Shown here: positions 1-11,719 of the stretch, piece after piece
Position numbering within the stretch: the first letter of the stretch is position 1
Layout: each line of letters begins with the position of its first letter
DNA from: Takakia lepidozioides
Lineage: Eukaryota > Plantae > Bryophyta
Direction: 5' to 3'
DNA length: 64,000 nucleotides
Assembly: GCA_030704615.1 (NCBI GenBank)
Contig: CM060732.1
Span: forward strand, 64,728,001 to 64,792,000
The notes under the pieces: generated by a model
Databases searched by the model: none
What the model was told of the DNA's origin: nothing
The model's input: the letters and a program-made list of their open reading frames with translations, nothing else
Made by a program: the position numbers and the translations under genes

Positions 1-340
1 GCGTCATCGACTGTTCACGAAAATACAAACCAGACAGACTCCTCTCTGATTCTTCACCAAAGTGCTCTCTTCTGAGAGGCCACGGATCTGCGTTTGAAAG
101 ACGCTTTTCGGAAGCGCATGTCATAACAGCGGATTTCATTGATCAGAAAATGAACGCTATCCTCCACATGGATCCATTTTCAGTGCTAGAGTCCCAACTT
201 TGTCAGAAGCTGCAAAGAAGCCTAGCCCCTCACAGAAAATACATTTACTCCTTCCTCTACGAAGACACAACTTCCATTTTGATGTGACCAAAACCAACAA
301 AGAAGTTGGTAGCAGGCAATATGCAGGGTGTGGAAGGCAC

Positions 341-548
341 CTTGGGGAACATCTTCAGTATGATACAAGCTTTTGTAAATATCCATTGCGTAGTCAACCA
401 TGTTGGTCTTGGCCAACAGCTCGATCTTCGCTTTGCGAATCTGGTCATCTGCATACAGCTCCTTCTCTTGCAGAAACTCCAAAAGCGGGAACACCAAATG
501 GCGGTCCAGAAATGGCGCCACCTTGGCTGTCAGATCATACTGCGCCAT
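341..548 (-). CDS. EIF3E: Eukaryotic translation initiation factor 3 subunit E, first coding exon (gene continues off the left edge)
   Basis: ATG at 548 begins [32 protein letters not shown]...[23 protein letters not shown], the conserved eIF3e N-terminus; GT donor at 340-339. Confidence 0.95.
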
Positions 549-1111
549 GCCTCCCCACGCCTGCAAACGACCCGAGATCGGCCACAAACGCACACAACAC
601 AGACACACAAGCGCACGAAAGCGACGAGGGCTCTAGTGAGCCTGCGCTCTGCGGCTAAAGTTAAAACCCCAGCCACAAGGCTTAGCAGCGGGCTATGAAC
701 AAGTGATGAAAAACTGTCTATTCATCCCGTAGGATGAATGAACTGTGAGACTAGTAATGAAGTTGATATAATTTCTTTTTAGGACAATATTGTTTATTTA
801 TTTATTTCTCCAAAAAAGGGGATGGGAAGTAGTCCATTTTTTCATTTATGTATACTTAATATTTCGGTGGATAATAGGTGTAAGAACTTAATGCACACGT
901 GCAATCTCTGACAGGGTAGTACGCCGGTTTTCGGCATGTCAAATCTTCCCCACCTTCTTTTGAGAGTGTCATGGAACTGAAGGAATGTCAACTTCAGTCG
1001 GGGTTACACTGGGTTACACGATGAGGTGTGTAACTCCACTTGGGGTTACATCGGGTTCCAGGACGAGGAACGATGTACTTGACATCTGTAACTCTACAAG
1101 AGTAAAACATA

Positions 1112-1325
1112 CCCCTACATTTCCTAGTATCTTGGTTGTCATGCCTTCCCAAAAAGAATAAATGTTGAAGGCACCCGGGACACTTGTCTCGAAGAGATAG
1201 CTACACAATGTCTCTCTTACATAGCTCAACACTATACCCGCCAATTTGTACCCAACGAATACATCGTACAAGCGCACGTAGCGTGCAAGGTCTGCCCCAA
1301 TATGTGGTACGCCATATAACACCAC
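1112..1325 (-). pseudogene. Fragment of an alpha/beta-hydrolase domain (SERAC1-like / bryophyte HNL N-terminal type)
   Basis: VVLYGVPHIGADLARY...LAGI...FE...NIYSFWEG resembles the xxFYGVPHxGS and NIYAFxEG motifs; it ends at a GTATG donor-like site; no surrounding gene. Confidence 0.5.
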
Positions 1326-1574
1326 TGAGGGTTCTGCTGTCATCAACAGATATTAGCATGCTGGAGGAGATTGGGTTCCGTCTTCCACGGTCTCCGGTGG
1401 TGCCTTCATGCAACCTAGGTAATAATGTGTCTTCTGATCCTCCAGTTCCTCCACCCAATGTCGACTCCCACCCAACAATCCGAGATGGGAAACCAGTGCA
1501 CCGTGTCCCTTCGACTGCAAGATGGAATCAACCAGAATTATGCAGGCTCGGATGACTCGTATTATGGAAGTCTC

Positions 1575-1657
1575 TATCAAGGACGAGAACATGACTGAAC
1601 ACAAACAAGATATCAGACTAAAGGTACAAGACTAGACAAGAAATCAAGGTCAGCGTT
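1575..1657 (-). repeat. Partial copy of the chromovirus LTR end
   Basis: tcaaggacgagaacatgactgaacacaaacaagatatcagact... nearly identical to 2717-2800. Confidence 0.85.
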
Positions 1658-2022
1658 CAATGCCCCAAGACATGTCCGAGACATACACGTTGAAGGCGAT
1701 GGAAATTATGTACCTACCCCAACGTCACTCGTGTAAGAATTACTCGAGGGGGACAGAATCCCTGGGAGCCTTAATTCATTTAATAATTTAACCATTGGTT
1801 ACATTTCCGGATTACAGATAAGATGACTTACACTTTTTAGCAATATACCAAAAGTTAACTATTATCTAGGTACACCTAACACTAGAGGGAGTAAAAAAAG
1901 TTAACTATTAAACGATTAACCATTTCCTTTGTATATTTTGCGGATTTTTTCGGGAGTAACAAAAAGATAACTAGCAGACCTGTTTTAACTTATAAACAGG
2001 TAACCATTAAGAAGGTTCGACT

Positions 2023-2262
2023 GTAGTTCCCGGCTTGTTGGCATGGGACTCATTGCCCGCAGGTACCACATACGTTAATGGCCGTTGTTCCAGCGTAGCA
2101 CATATTGATGCAGGTACCACCGCAGTTATCTTCACAGCAGTCAGTGTCACCTTTAGTGATCAGATAGTTCACGCAGCTCTTCGCATCAGCGACAACACTA
2201 GGACTGCCTCCACTAACCTGGCATACGACGTCCGCGTTTACTCGTCCACTCACAGAGAAATT
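2023..2262 (-). pseudogene. Fragment of a small Cys-rich secreted-type protein gene
   Basis: ...VNA-DVVCQVSGGSPSVVADAKSCVNYLITKGDTDCCEDNCGGTCINMCYAGTTAINVCGTCGQ*VPCQQAGNY; in-frame TGA where a Cys is expected; no ATG or C-terminus. Confidence 0.55.
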
Positions 2263-2716
2263 GCGAAGTACGAATTTAACTTAATTAAATGTTACAAACA
2301 AGTCTGGACAAGCTAAATTATGTGGGGGATGTTGGAAAATGGGGGATTGGGGTACGTAATTGTAAGTGTATGTCTAGTCTTTGGCACCTTACTCTTCAAC
2401 CAAATATAGCTAAATCCGTTTTCAGATTGTATCAATTACATGTGGTACTCTTGTCACCTAGCCCAAAACTGCCTTTGACAGTATTGGAAGTTTTGGCCAA
2501 AAATTTTGGGATTATGCTTGCAGCTTCCATTAGATCCTAGTGTATAGAAAAAACGACATTCAAGTTAGGTACTAAGACAGCTAAGCTTTCTGCTGGCCTC
2601 AAATTGTTGGTGTTATTTACACTGTTGTGTCATGTCTGTCTGGCATTCTTGCACTTTTCAGGGATGCTTGCGATGTTTGCTCATCATATGTTTCTATCAC
2701 TTGAGCAGGTAGCCCA

Positions 2717-4110
2717 TGTCAAGGACGAGAACATGATTGAACACAAACAAGATATCAGACTAGAGGTACAAGACTAGACAATAAGTCAAGGTCGGCGTGG
2801 CCGAATGCATGATGGGTAAACATAAATCAAGATGATATTTATAACAATGGACAAGAGTACAAGATCCTGGAACTCGACTCGAATACTGGAATGCTGGAAA
2901 CTGGACTGGGGTACCAGATACTGGAAACTGGACTAAAGTATTGGAAGGTGGACTAGAGTACTAGGACTGGGAACAAGAGTAACTTGAACTTGTGCGAGAC
3001 TAAAGAGTGTCCAGTCTCGCCTCCTATATATACTGGCTACTAAGAAGTTCTCTAAGAAGCTTCCCCAATGGAGGTTTCTTGATGGAGAAGTTTCCTCCAA
3101 ATGAAGCTTCCTGAGTAGTTTCCCAAGTTACTCTCGATAATTTGGTAAACTCTCGGTAACTTGATAACTAATGGTAAATTATGGTAAATTATGGTAATTT
3201 TTGGTAACATGGTAACTTGGTAATTTCTGGTATTTACTCCTGGTAAGTTCCTCTGGGTTATGTCCGTGACATCACCCCTTTCTCTAGCGCCGAGTTCATC
3301 AAGAAGCGGTAAAATCTTGGACTTGCTTAGAATTGGAGAAAATCCTAAATCCGGCAACAAGTTGCCAAGTATTTCGGCTCTTCGTTCTTGACTCAAATGA
3401 TTTATAGGTCCCTGCAACCATTGATAGTGTCCAACACCAACGGCTGATCTGATAATTGGGTAAGCGACAACTCCAATGTATCTGGTTCCTGTGACTCCAT
3501 GCTGCCAATACAGGATGCAAGAGTGCTGGAAGTGTAGCTATATATACGTCCTTAGCGTGTATCAGATACACTGAATGTGGAATCTTCACCTTGAAGCTAA
3601 CTTGGCTGACATCATCGTTGTGACGTCTTATTGACGTGTAACTCGGGGTTTAGCTGGATATCGTTAATGAAACTCTTGGACTTTGTCAGATGCATTGGCG
3701 AGATTGGATGAAGGTTCTCACGTTCTTTCGCTGATGTCGTAGCTTTTCCAATGTACGAAATACTCAAGTTGTTTATACTTGATGCGAGAGTCTAGGACTT
3801 CGTCGACTTCATACTCGATTTTCTAATTGACTTTCGATTGGTGGAGTGGGTATGGAAACTCTCCCTGGAATATTCGATGGATGATACAACTCCAATAATG
3901 AAACATGAAAGACTGAATGGATGCGCATACTTCATGAAAGTTTAAGCCGAAAGCTGACCGGATTTATGTGTCGAATAATTTTGAATGGTCCTAGACGTTG
4001 ATAATCCAACTTCCTTGATGGTCGCAAGGTTTATATGTCACGTCGAAGAAACCACACACGATCTCCTACCTTGAACTGGGGTTGGAGTTGGCGATGTTGA
4101 TCTGCATACT
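2717..4110 (-). mobile_element. Inverted 3' portion of a Ty3/Gypsy chromovirus (integrase C-terminus, chromodomain, PPT, LTR 2717-3271)
   Basis: Diverged reverse complement of ~6980-8281; LTR bounded by TG...CA; purine tract adjoins 3272. Confidence 0.92.
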
Positions 4111-7100
4111 CTTGCACCTTGCTTCATAGTTCCGGTAAAAATCAGAGTGCAAAATCGAGATATCTCTGTATAAGCACTTTTGGACTCAAGGGCTTCAGCA
4201 TGTTTTATTGACAAAAACTTTGCGAAGCAACACAATTTAACGCTCGTAAAGAAGAAACTCTCGACCCCCGTTGAAGTCATTGATGGACGACCGTTAACAT
4301 CAGGAAATGTTGACCCCTTGAAGTGAAGCTTGAAGATCAAGCATCACATATTGTTTTCAACGTCATCCAGTCTCCAACGAATCATGTGATCCTTGGACTT
4401 CCTTGGTTCGTACTTCACAATCCTGACATCGACTTGCGATCGCGAAAACATTCTGCAAGATAAAAATGTAGAAATATCAAAGGTATTCAACCCCTGTTCA
4501 TTGGAGCTACAAAAAATGATGCGACATTTGCACTTTATGCGACTCCAATCAAGACCACAACAGACAAAGGTATTTCGACATTACCCACTGAATATCAAGA
4601 TTTCAAGGATGTTTTCGAGAAGAAAAATGCAAACATATTGCCAGAACATCGACCTTATGACTGTGCAATTGAGTTACAAGAAGGAGCCCAACAACCATTC
4701 GGCCCAATCTATAACTTATCCTAAACGGAATTGGCTGCATTACGTGAGTACATTGATGAAAATTTGTCAAAGAATTTCATCCGACATTCAAAATCACCTG
4801 CGGGGGCGCCTATCTTGTTTGTGAAAAAGAAGGACAAATCATTATGCATGTGTGTGGACTATCGCGGTCTCAACAAAGTCACAATCAAGAATCGTTATCC
4901 GTTGCCGCTGATTTCTGGGCTTCTCGACCAACTGGGACGAGCGAAGATTTTCACCAAAATTGACTTGAGATGAGCTTATAACCTTGTACGGATAAAAGAA
5001 TGAGACGAATGGAAAACAAATTTTCGAACAAGGTATGGACATTTTGAATATAGTATTATGTCTTTCCTTCTTACAAATGCTCCAGCAACTTTCTAACATA
5101 TGATGAATGACATTTTTCGAGAATTTCTAGATGACTTTGTAGTCATCTATTTGGACGACATTTTGATATTTTCACATAATGAAGAAGAACATGGCCGCCA
5201 TGTACGCCTTGTCCTTGATAAAATTAAGAGAAATATGACTATATGCCAAATTGGAAAAATGTCTTTTCCATCAATCTGAGGTCGAATTTCTGGCCTACAT
5301 TATTTCCGACAAAGACGTCTTTATGGATCAGAAGAAAATACAAACCGTCATCGAATGGATTAAACCAACTTCGGTCTGAGATGTACAATATTTTTTAGGA
5401 TTTACAAATTTCTATAGAATCTTCATCAATGACTACTCCAAAATTGCTGCACCATTGACACGACTCACAGGGAATGATAAATTTGTATAAGATGAGAAGG
5501 CTGACCAAACATTTGAAAGGCTGAAGCAGACATTTACAACGGCTCCAATACTGGTACAAGCAGACCCATCTAAACCATTCTTTTTGGAAGCAGATGCATC
5601 GGACTTTACACTTGGCGCGATACTCTCTCAATACGGTACAGATGACCGACTCCACCCTGTTGGTTTTCGTTCTCGTAAATTTTCCATTGAGGAGTGGCGT
5701 CATCTATTGGAGGGAACTAAATATCAGTCACTGTCTATACCGATCACAAAAACCTCGAGTATTTTATGAGTGCTCGTGTTTTGAATCGACGTCAAACGAC
5801 ATAGAGTATGTCACTAGCAAAATTTGATTTTGTTATTACCTACCGTCCCGGACATCTTCAAGGAAAACTAGATGCTCTTTCTCGACGATCGTATCTTGCG
5901 CCAAAAGAAGGGGATGCAACTTTTGACCAACAGAAATCCATCATCTTGAAACCAGCAAATCTCTAATTGAATATGTTATCCATGTCCACCTATGACGATG
6001 CAGAGATCATAAAGGAGATTCATGAAGCACTGAAGAGCGACCAATTTGCTACGACATTACGAAGTCAACTAAATCGACCTCGAGACAACCCACATATTAC
6101 AAACGACTTCGAATTCAAAGATGACTTACTTTATTTCAAGAGACTTCTCTATGTACCTCCAAGACCTAGACTACTGCGAATTCTTCAAACATATCTTGAT
6201 CTTCCGGCTGTAGGACATTTCGACTTCAACAAAACAATGGAATTGATATCCAGGGACTATTGGTGGTCGCAGATGTGGAAACTCGTGAAAGAATTTATAA
6301 AATCTTGCGATACGTGTGCTAGAGCGAAGAGACCACGACATTGACCTTACGGCCTTCTTCAACCATTACCCATTCCCAATGGTCCATGGTCATCCGTGTC
6401 TATGGACTTTATTACGGACCTTCCAATTTCCAAGACCACCGATTCAATCCTTGTTATTGTAGATCGTTTACAAAGATGACACATTTCATTCCATGTAATA
6501 AGACGGTTACCGGCGAGGAAACTGCAAGACTTTTCCTCAATAATATCTACCGCATTCATGGACCCCCGAAGGACATCGTATCTGATCGAGGACCACAGTT
6601 CATATCAAATTTCTGGGAGGGGATTATTTTACATATTGGATACTAAGATCAACCTCTCTACAGCTAATCATCCATAGACTGATGGTCAAACCGAACGTGT
6701 AAACCAGATTTTGGAGCAGTATCTTCGATGTACAATAAATTATCATCAAGATAATTGGACGGACCTTCTGTCATTGGCTTAAATTGCCTACAACAACACT
6801 ATACATTCTTCGACCAAACAAACTCCATTTTTCTCCAATTATGGTCATCATCCTCGAGCAAACCCTTTCCACATGAAGACTGTTGGAAGCCCTGCTGTAG
6901 AAAACCTTGCTACTCATCTTGCTACGATTCACAAGGAGCTTACATTCCACCTCGCAGAAGCTCAAAAACAAGACAAAGAAGTATGTAGATCAACATCGCC
7001 AACTCCAACCCCGGTCGGAGATCGTGTGTGGCTTATTCGACGGGACATACAAACCTCGAGACCATCAAGGAAGTTGGATTATCAACGCCTGGGACCATTC

Positions 7101-8281
7101 ATTTTTATTCGACAAATAAATCCGGTCAGTTTTCGGCTTGAACTCCTACGAAGTATGCGCATCCATCCAGTCTTTCATGTTTCATTATTAGAGTTGTATC
7201 ATCCATCGAATATTCTAGGGAGAGTTTCCGTACTACCTCCACCAATCGAAGTCAATCAGAAAATCGATTATGAAGTCGACGAAGTCCTAGACTCTCGCAT
7301 CAAGTATAAACGTCTTGAGTATTTTGTACATTGGAAATGCTACGACATCAGTGAACGAACGTGAGAACCTTCATCCAACATTGTCAATGCATCTGACAAA
7401 GTCCAAGAGTTTCATCAACGATATCCAACTAAGCCCCGAGCTACACGTCAATAAGACGTCACAATGATGATGTCAGCTAAGTTAGCTTCAAGGTGAAGAC
7501 TCCACATTCAGTGTATCTGATACACACTAAAGATGGAGGTTCTCCAACTCTAAGCAAGTCCAAGATTTTACCGCTCCTCGAGGAACTCGGCGCTAGAGGA
7601 TGGGAGGTGTCACGGACATAGCCCAGAGGAACTTATCAGAAGTAAATATCAGAAGTTACCAAGTTACCATATTATCAAAAGTTATCGTGATCTACCATGA
7701 ACTACCATGATTTACAATAAGTTACCATTAGTTATCAAGTTACGGGGAGTTTACCAAATTATCGAAAATAACTTGGGAAACTGCTCAGGAAGCTTCCTTT
7801 GGAGGAAACTTCTCCATCAAATTACCTCCTTTGTTTAATGAAACTTCTCTATCAAGATACCTCCTTTGTTTAAGGAAAATTCTCCATCAAGAAACCTTTG
7901 TTTAACCTTGGAAACTTCTCCATCAAGAAACCTCCTTTGGGGAAGCCTCTTAGGGAACCTCCTAGTAGTCAGTATATATATGAGGCGAGACTGGACACTC
8001 TTCAATCTCGCCAACATAAGTTCAAGCTACTCTTGTTTCCATTCCCAGTACTCCAGTCCAGCTTCCAGTACTCTAGTCCAGTGTCTAATACTCCAGTCCA
8101 GTTTCCAGCATTCCAGTATCCAAGTCAAGTTTTAATATCTTGTACTCTTGTCCATTGTCATAAAGATCATCTTGATTCATACCCATCATGCACTCGGCCA
8201 CGCCGATCTTGACTTCTTGTCTAGTCTTGTACCTCTAGTCTGATCTCTTATTTGTGTTCAGTCATGCTCTCGTCCCTGACA
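4111..8281 (+). mobile_element. Decayed Ty3/Gypsy chromovirus (Tcn1-like): protease-RT-RNase H-integrase-chromodomain, PPT, 3' LTR 7608-8281; gag and 5' LTR missing
   Basis: Motifs [90 protein letters not shown]; many stops and frameshifts. Confidence 0.95.
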
Positions 8282-9929
8282 TCAGCCAGAAATGTGGTCC
8301 ACATTGTTTTGCTTTTGTGTTTGAGTTTTGCATTTTTTCCCCATTGCAAAGTTAGTTGTCCATCAAAACATGATCGTAGGGCTGGAAGGAAGTGATGATC
8401 GGCACCAATCATCATTCAAACTGATGTGTGATTTTGCAGAGAAATCTTCATTTTGCCCAAAAATGTGAATTGCATCGTTTTGCTTTCATGTTTCAATCCT
8501 ACATTTCCCCGATTGAAACTGAAATCTTCAAGAAAATATTATGATCAACGGCGATCATCACATTCTCATGTTTTGTGAATTGATATGTTGGGAATTGCAT
8601 TGGGTATGCGAGTTCGCAGGTACATAAAATATGTGCTCATGGAGGGAAAACACTTGAGCGGTGTCCCTGATTATCTCGACATGTGATTGGATCCTGCCAA
8701 TGACCCAACCATGTACACAGCTGGGATTTTGAAGGACTGAAGTCCTGCCCATTTCAGAGACTGCGGATAGTACCTCGACTGCATACGACGTTTCAAGAAC
8801 AACAAATGAAACATATGAACAACCATGCGGAAATTGCTGGCGCTCTGACGAGGAACCACAATATCAGAAAAGAATACGCTGCATTGGCGAAAGGAGCCTA
8901 GACTTCCATTCGTCTTGGAGTGGCATGTTAGCGCATTAATTGCTTTTATATAATACCAATTTTCTTTTTTTCTGATCTCCCTGCAGGAAAAACAGCCTGT
9001 GGGTTTTCAAGGCCTCCATGATGTGGGATGTATGTATTCGACAGCCCCTATGCCAGGTTTGCCCTTATCCCACAGAGCTGTATACAGCAGAAATGACACT
9101 TCGCCACGCAGGTCAACCCAGTTGTTGACTGAGTCTATGACTGAGGCCTTGTTTTTTGTCAAATTACAATTTTTTTTTGAGGGGTCAACGGTGAGTGTTG
9201 TCGTGAGAAACTGTCAGCGCTAGCAGGCTCCGACTCGAACGTGTCAGAGGAAGGGTGTGGGGGGCAAGGTTTTTTTTTTTTTTGGTTGGGAATGTGTTAT
9301 TTTCTTAGTATATGCTCTTTTATCTCGAACTATTGTGTATCTCTGCAGTATCGCTATGTACTGCAGGAATCTTTTGAATGTGATCCCAACTCTCATTGTT
9401 ATTTGGGGAGGAAGCAAGGTCTTCTCGTGGCAGCCTCTATGACACTCACGTTGTGAGGTTATTTTGTCGTCTTTGTAATTGTAATAGTGAAACTTACAAT
9501 TTTAATTGTACAATATTATGGAATGGATGCCACAGTTGTAGGCTTATTTCCCATTTCGGGTGTTTGATGGTAGTCTTCATTGTATTCAGCCAACGATTGC
9601 CTAGAGTAATCCCACGGTCATAGGACCTTCCTCGGATATAGGCGCCATATGTTTATGTTGACGTGGCAGATGTCAACGCAACGCCATGTCAGCATTTGTC
9701 GCCATGTAAGCCTGCTGACATCACACTCACGCCACGTCAGAGTTGGTGCACGCTCACGCCACGTCACTCCTGCGTGAGCGTACGCTCACGCGCAAGGCTC
9801 AACAGCCAACGCGCAAGGCTCACGCTGTTGCGTCATTGAAGGAATGTGCCTATTGAGGCTCCAAGCATCTGAGCATCACGGGAAGAGTCCTAACGATTAA
9901 TCAAATCCTATCTGCACGCATTTGGTTCT

Positions 9930-10830
9930 ATGCCTCTTCCTGGCGCCCGGGGTCTGTTCAAATCCATGAAATAATAACTTTGTTCTTCAGAACTTTGTAT
10001 GGGGAGCAGAAAACGCAAATCAGAAAAAGAGGCCGCAAGTTTCATGGGATTAGATATGTCTTCCCAAAAAAAAAGGTGGCTTGAGAATCCTCGACCCGGA
10101 GACACAAATCTCTGCCCTTTTGAGAAAATGGATTCCACGTTTCCTGGGACCAAAAGAAGGCTTTACAAGGCCCTTTTGAAATAGTCCCCAATGAAAGCCA
10201 AGTGGGAGCTAAGGTGGGAGTTCCAAGGCTTTAGAGATGAATACTGGACAATCATTCGGAGCTCAGTTATATGGATCAAAACTCGCCCTGCAAAGATCTC
10301 AGCTTTTCTGTGGCAGATAGCAAAGAGAGTTCTAAAGGTTGGGGAGTGGCTCCAATTCCATGATGCTCTTCTATCTGCTTGTTGCTAATCTATAGAGCAT
10401 TGTCTCATCTATTGCAAGGCCCTAGCCAGAGTTTGGCCTTTCATCAAAGCATTTTACATGCATTGGAGCACCATAACTCTTACCTCGACAGATCTATTGC
10501 TTAACTACGATAAAGTTTAAAATGCAAGATCTTTGACCTGTCCGGTGTTTGAAACCCTCGGAGCCTCGGCATTGTGGCACCTCTGGAAGGCGCGTTGCAA
10601 GAAGACTTTCTCAGATGACACAACTACGATTTCATGTCTTCTTACCAAAGTGTTCTATGATCTTGCAACAGAGTCAAGGAAAGCTTGGGCGAATGCCTGT
10701 GTAGAAATTGAGCGGGATACAAGGAAGACAACATCCATCCACTCTGCATTTTCAAAACACCTGAGGTAGACAGGGTCTCATCTGCCACAGTCCTTCAGTT
10801 TTTGGTGGGCCCCCTCCAAAACAGGACATA
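9930..10830 (+). mobile_element. Degraded L1-type LINE 3' fragment (zf-RVT region)
   Basis: KISAFLWQIAKRVL, SIEHCL, ALWHLWKARC; homologous to 56741-57355. Confidence 0.75.
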
Positions 10831-11719
10831 CCCTCACGGATGAGGGTATATCTCTCACGAAATTAACATCCACTGGGATGAACCGTATGAATTGGAGGCT
10901 ACCTACTTCATCCAGCTTCCATGAAAATTTCAGCTCATTTCATCGTGTATTTTGGAAGATTATAAGAAATTTGCAAGCCCTAAATTTGGGGTACACTCCA
11001 GATTCCATTAGGGGTTAATGACAAGGGATTTGTCTCGAGTATGATGCAAAAAACAAAATTAAAAAAAAACAAAAGCTTCGACCTACAAAAAATATGTTAG
11101 ATCTCTCATTTACGTTTTGGGGCCTGAAAAGGGCTTGTTGACCACTGACGTGGCAGGTAAACAAGCCCAAAACAGATTGCACTTCAAAGGCCATTTTTGG
11201 CATAAAATTAGCAATTTTGGAAAAAACACTTCACCTTGTGGTGTGTGAGCATTACATACACACATCCACCATTGGCTTTTAAACATTTTGTAGAAAAAAA
11301 AGTACTTCATTTGTAGGCACATTTTCTCTTGTCAATTTTGAGATTTCAACCCCCATGTAATTGCATGAATAGCAACCATAGGTGAAAAAATCAGTTGGAC
11401 CTGCAATTTAGTGGGGTTATAGCCACTCCACTATTGAGTAAAGAAAAAAAAACCAAAAACAAATGAGTGAATAATAGTGAATATAGTGTTATCGATTCAT
11501 GGTCAAGGAGAGTATACTGCATTTCAAGGTTTTCACAATCTCAACCATAGAAGTCACAACTGCACCCTTGTTATTCCTCGAAGTGCGTGCTTGCTCCCCA
11601 TTTTTCGTCTCACACAAACACCGTAAGCATTGACACAGTGGTGTTCAAGATAAGGTCACGGTACAAAAAATACATTTTCTTCTGAGCCTTTACTAGTCTG
11701 AGGACCAGTATCAGTAAAA

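Noticed and set aside
703-750. Box C/D snoRNA candidate (TGATGA plus ATTCATCC/GGATGAAT hairpin)
   Set aside because: No box D (CTGA) or terminal stem
2050-2052. In-frame TGA at a Cys position read as selenocysteine
   Set aside because: Land plants lack the Sec machinery, the fragment is truncated and no SECIS is evident; a TGY>TGA mutation is simpler
2717-8281. DIRS-type element with inverted terminal repeats
   Set aside because: It encodes a DDE integrase and protease with no tyrosine recombinase, and the inverted arm includes coding sequence
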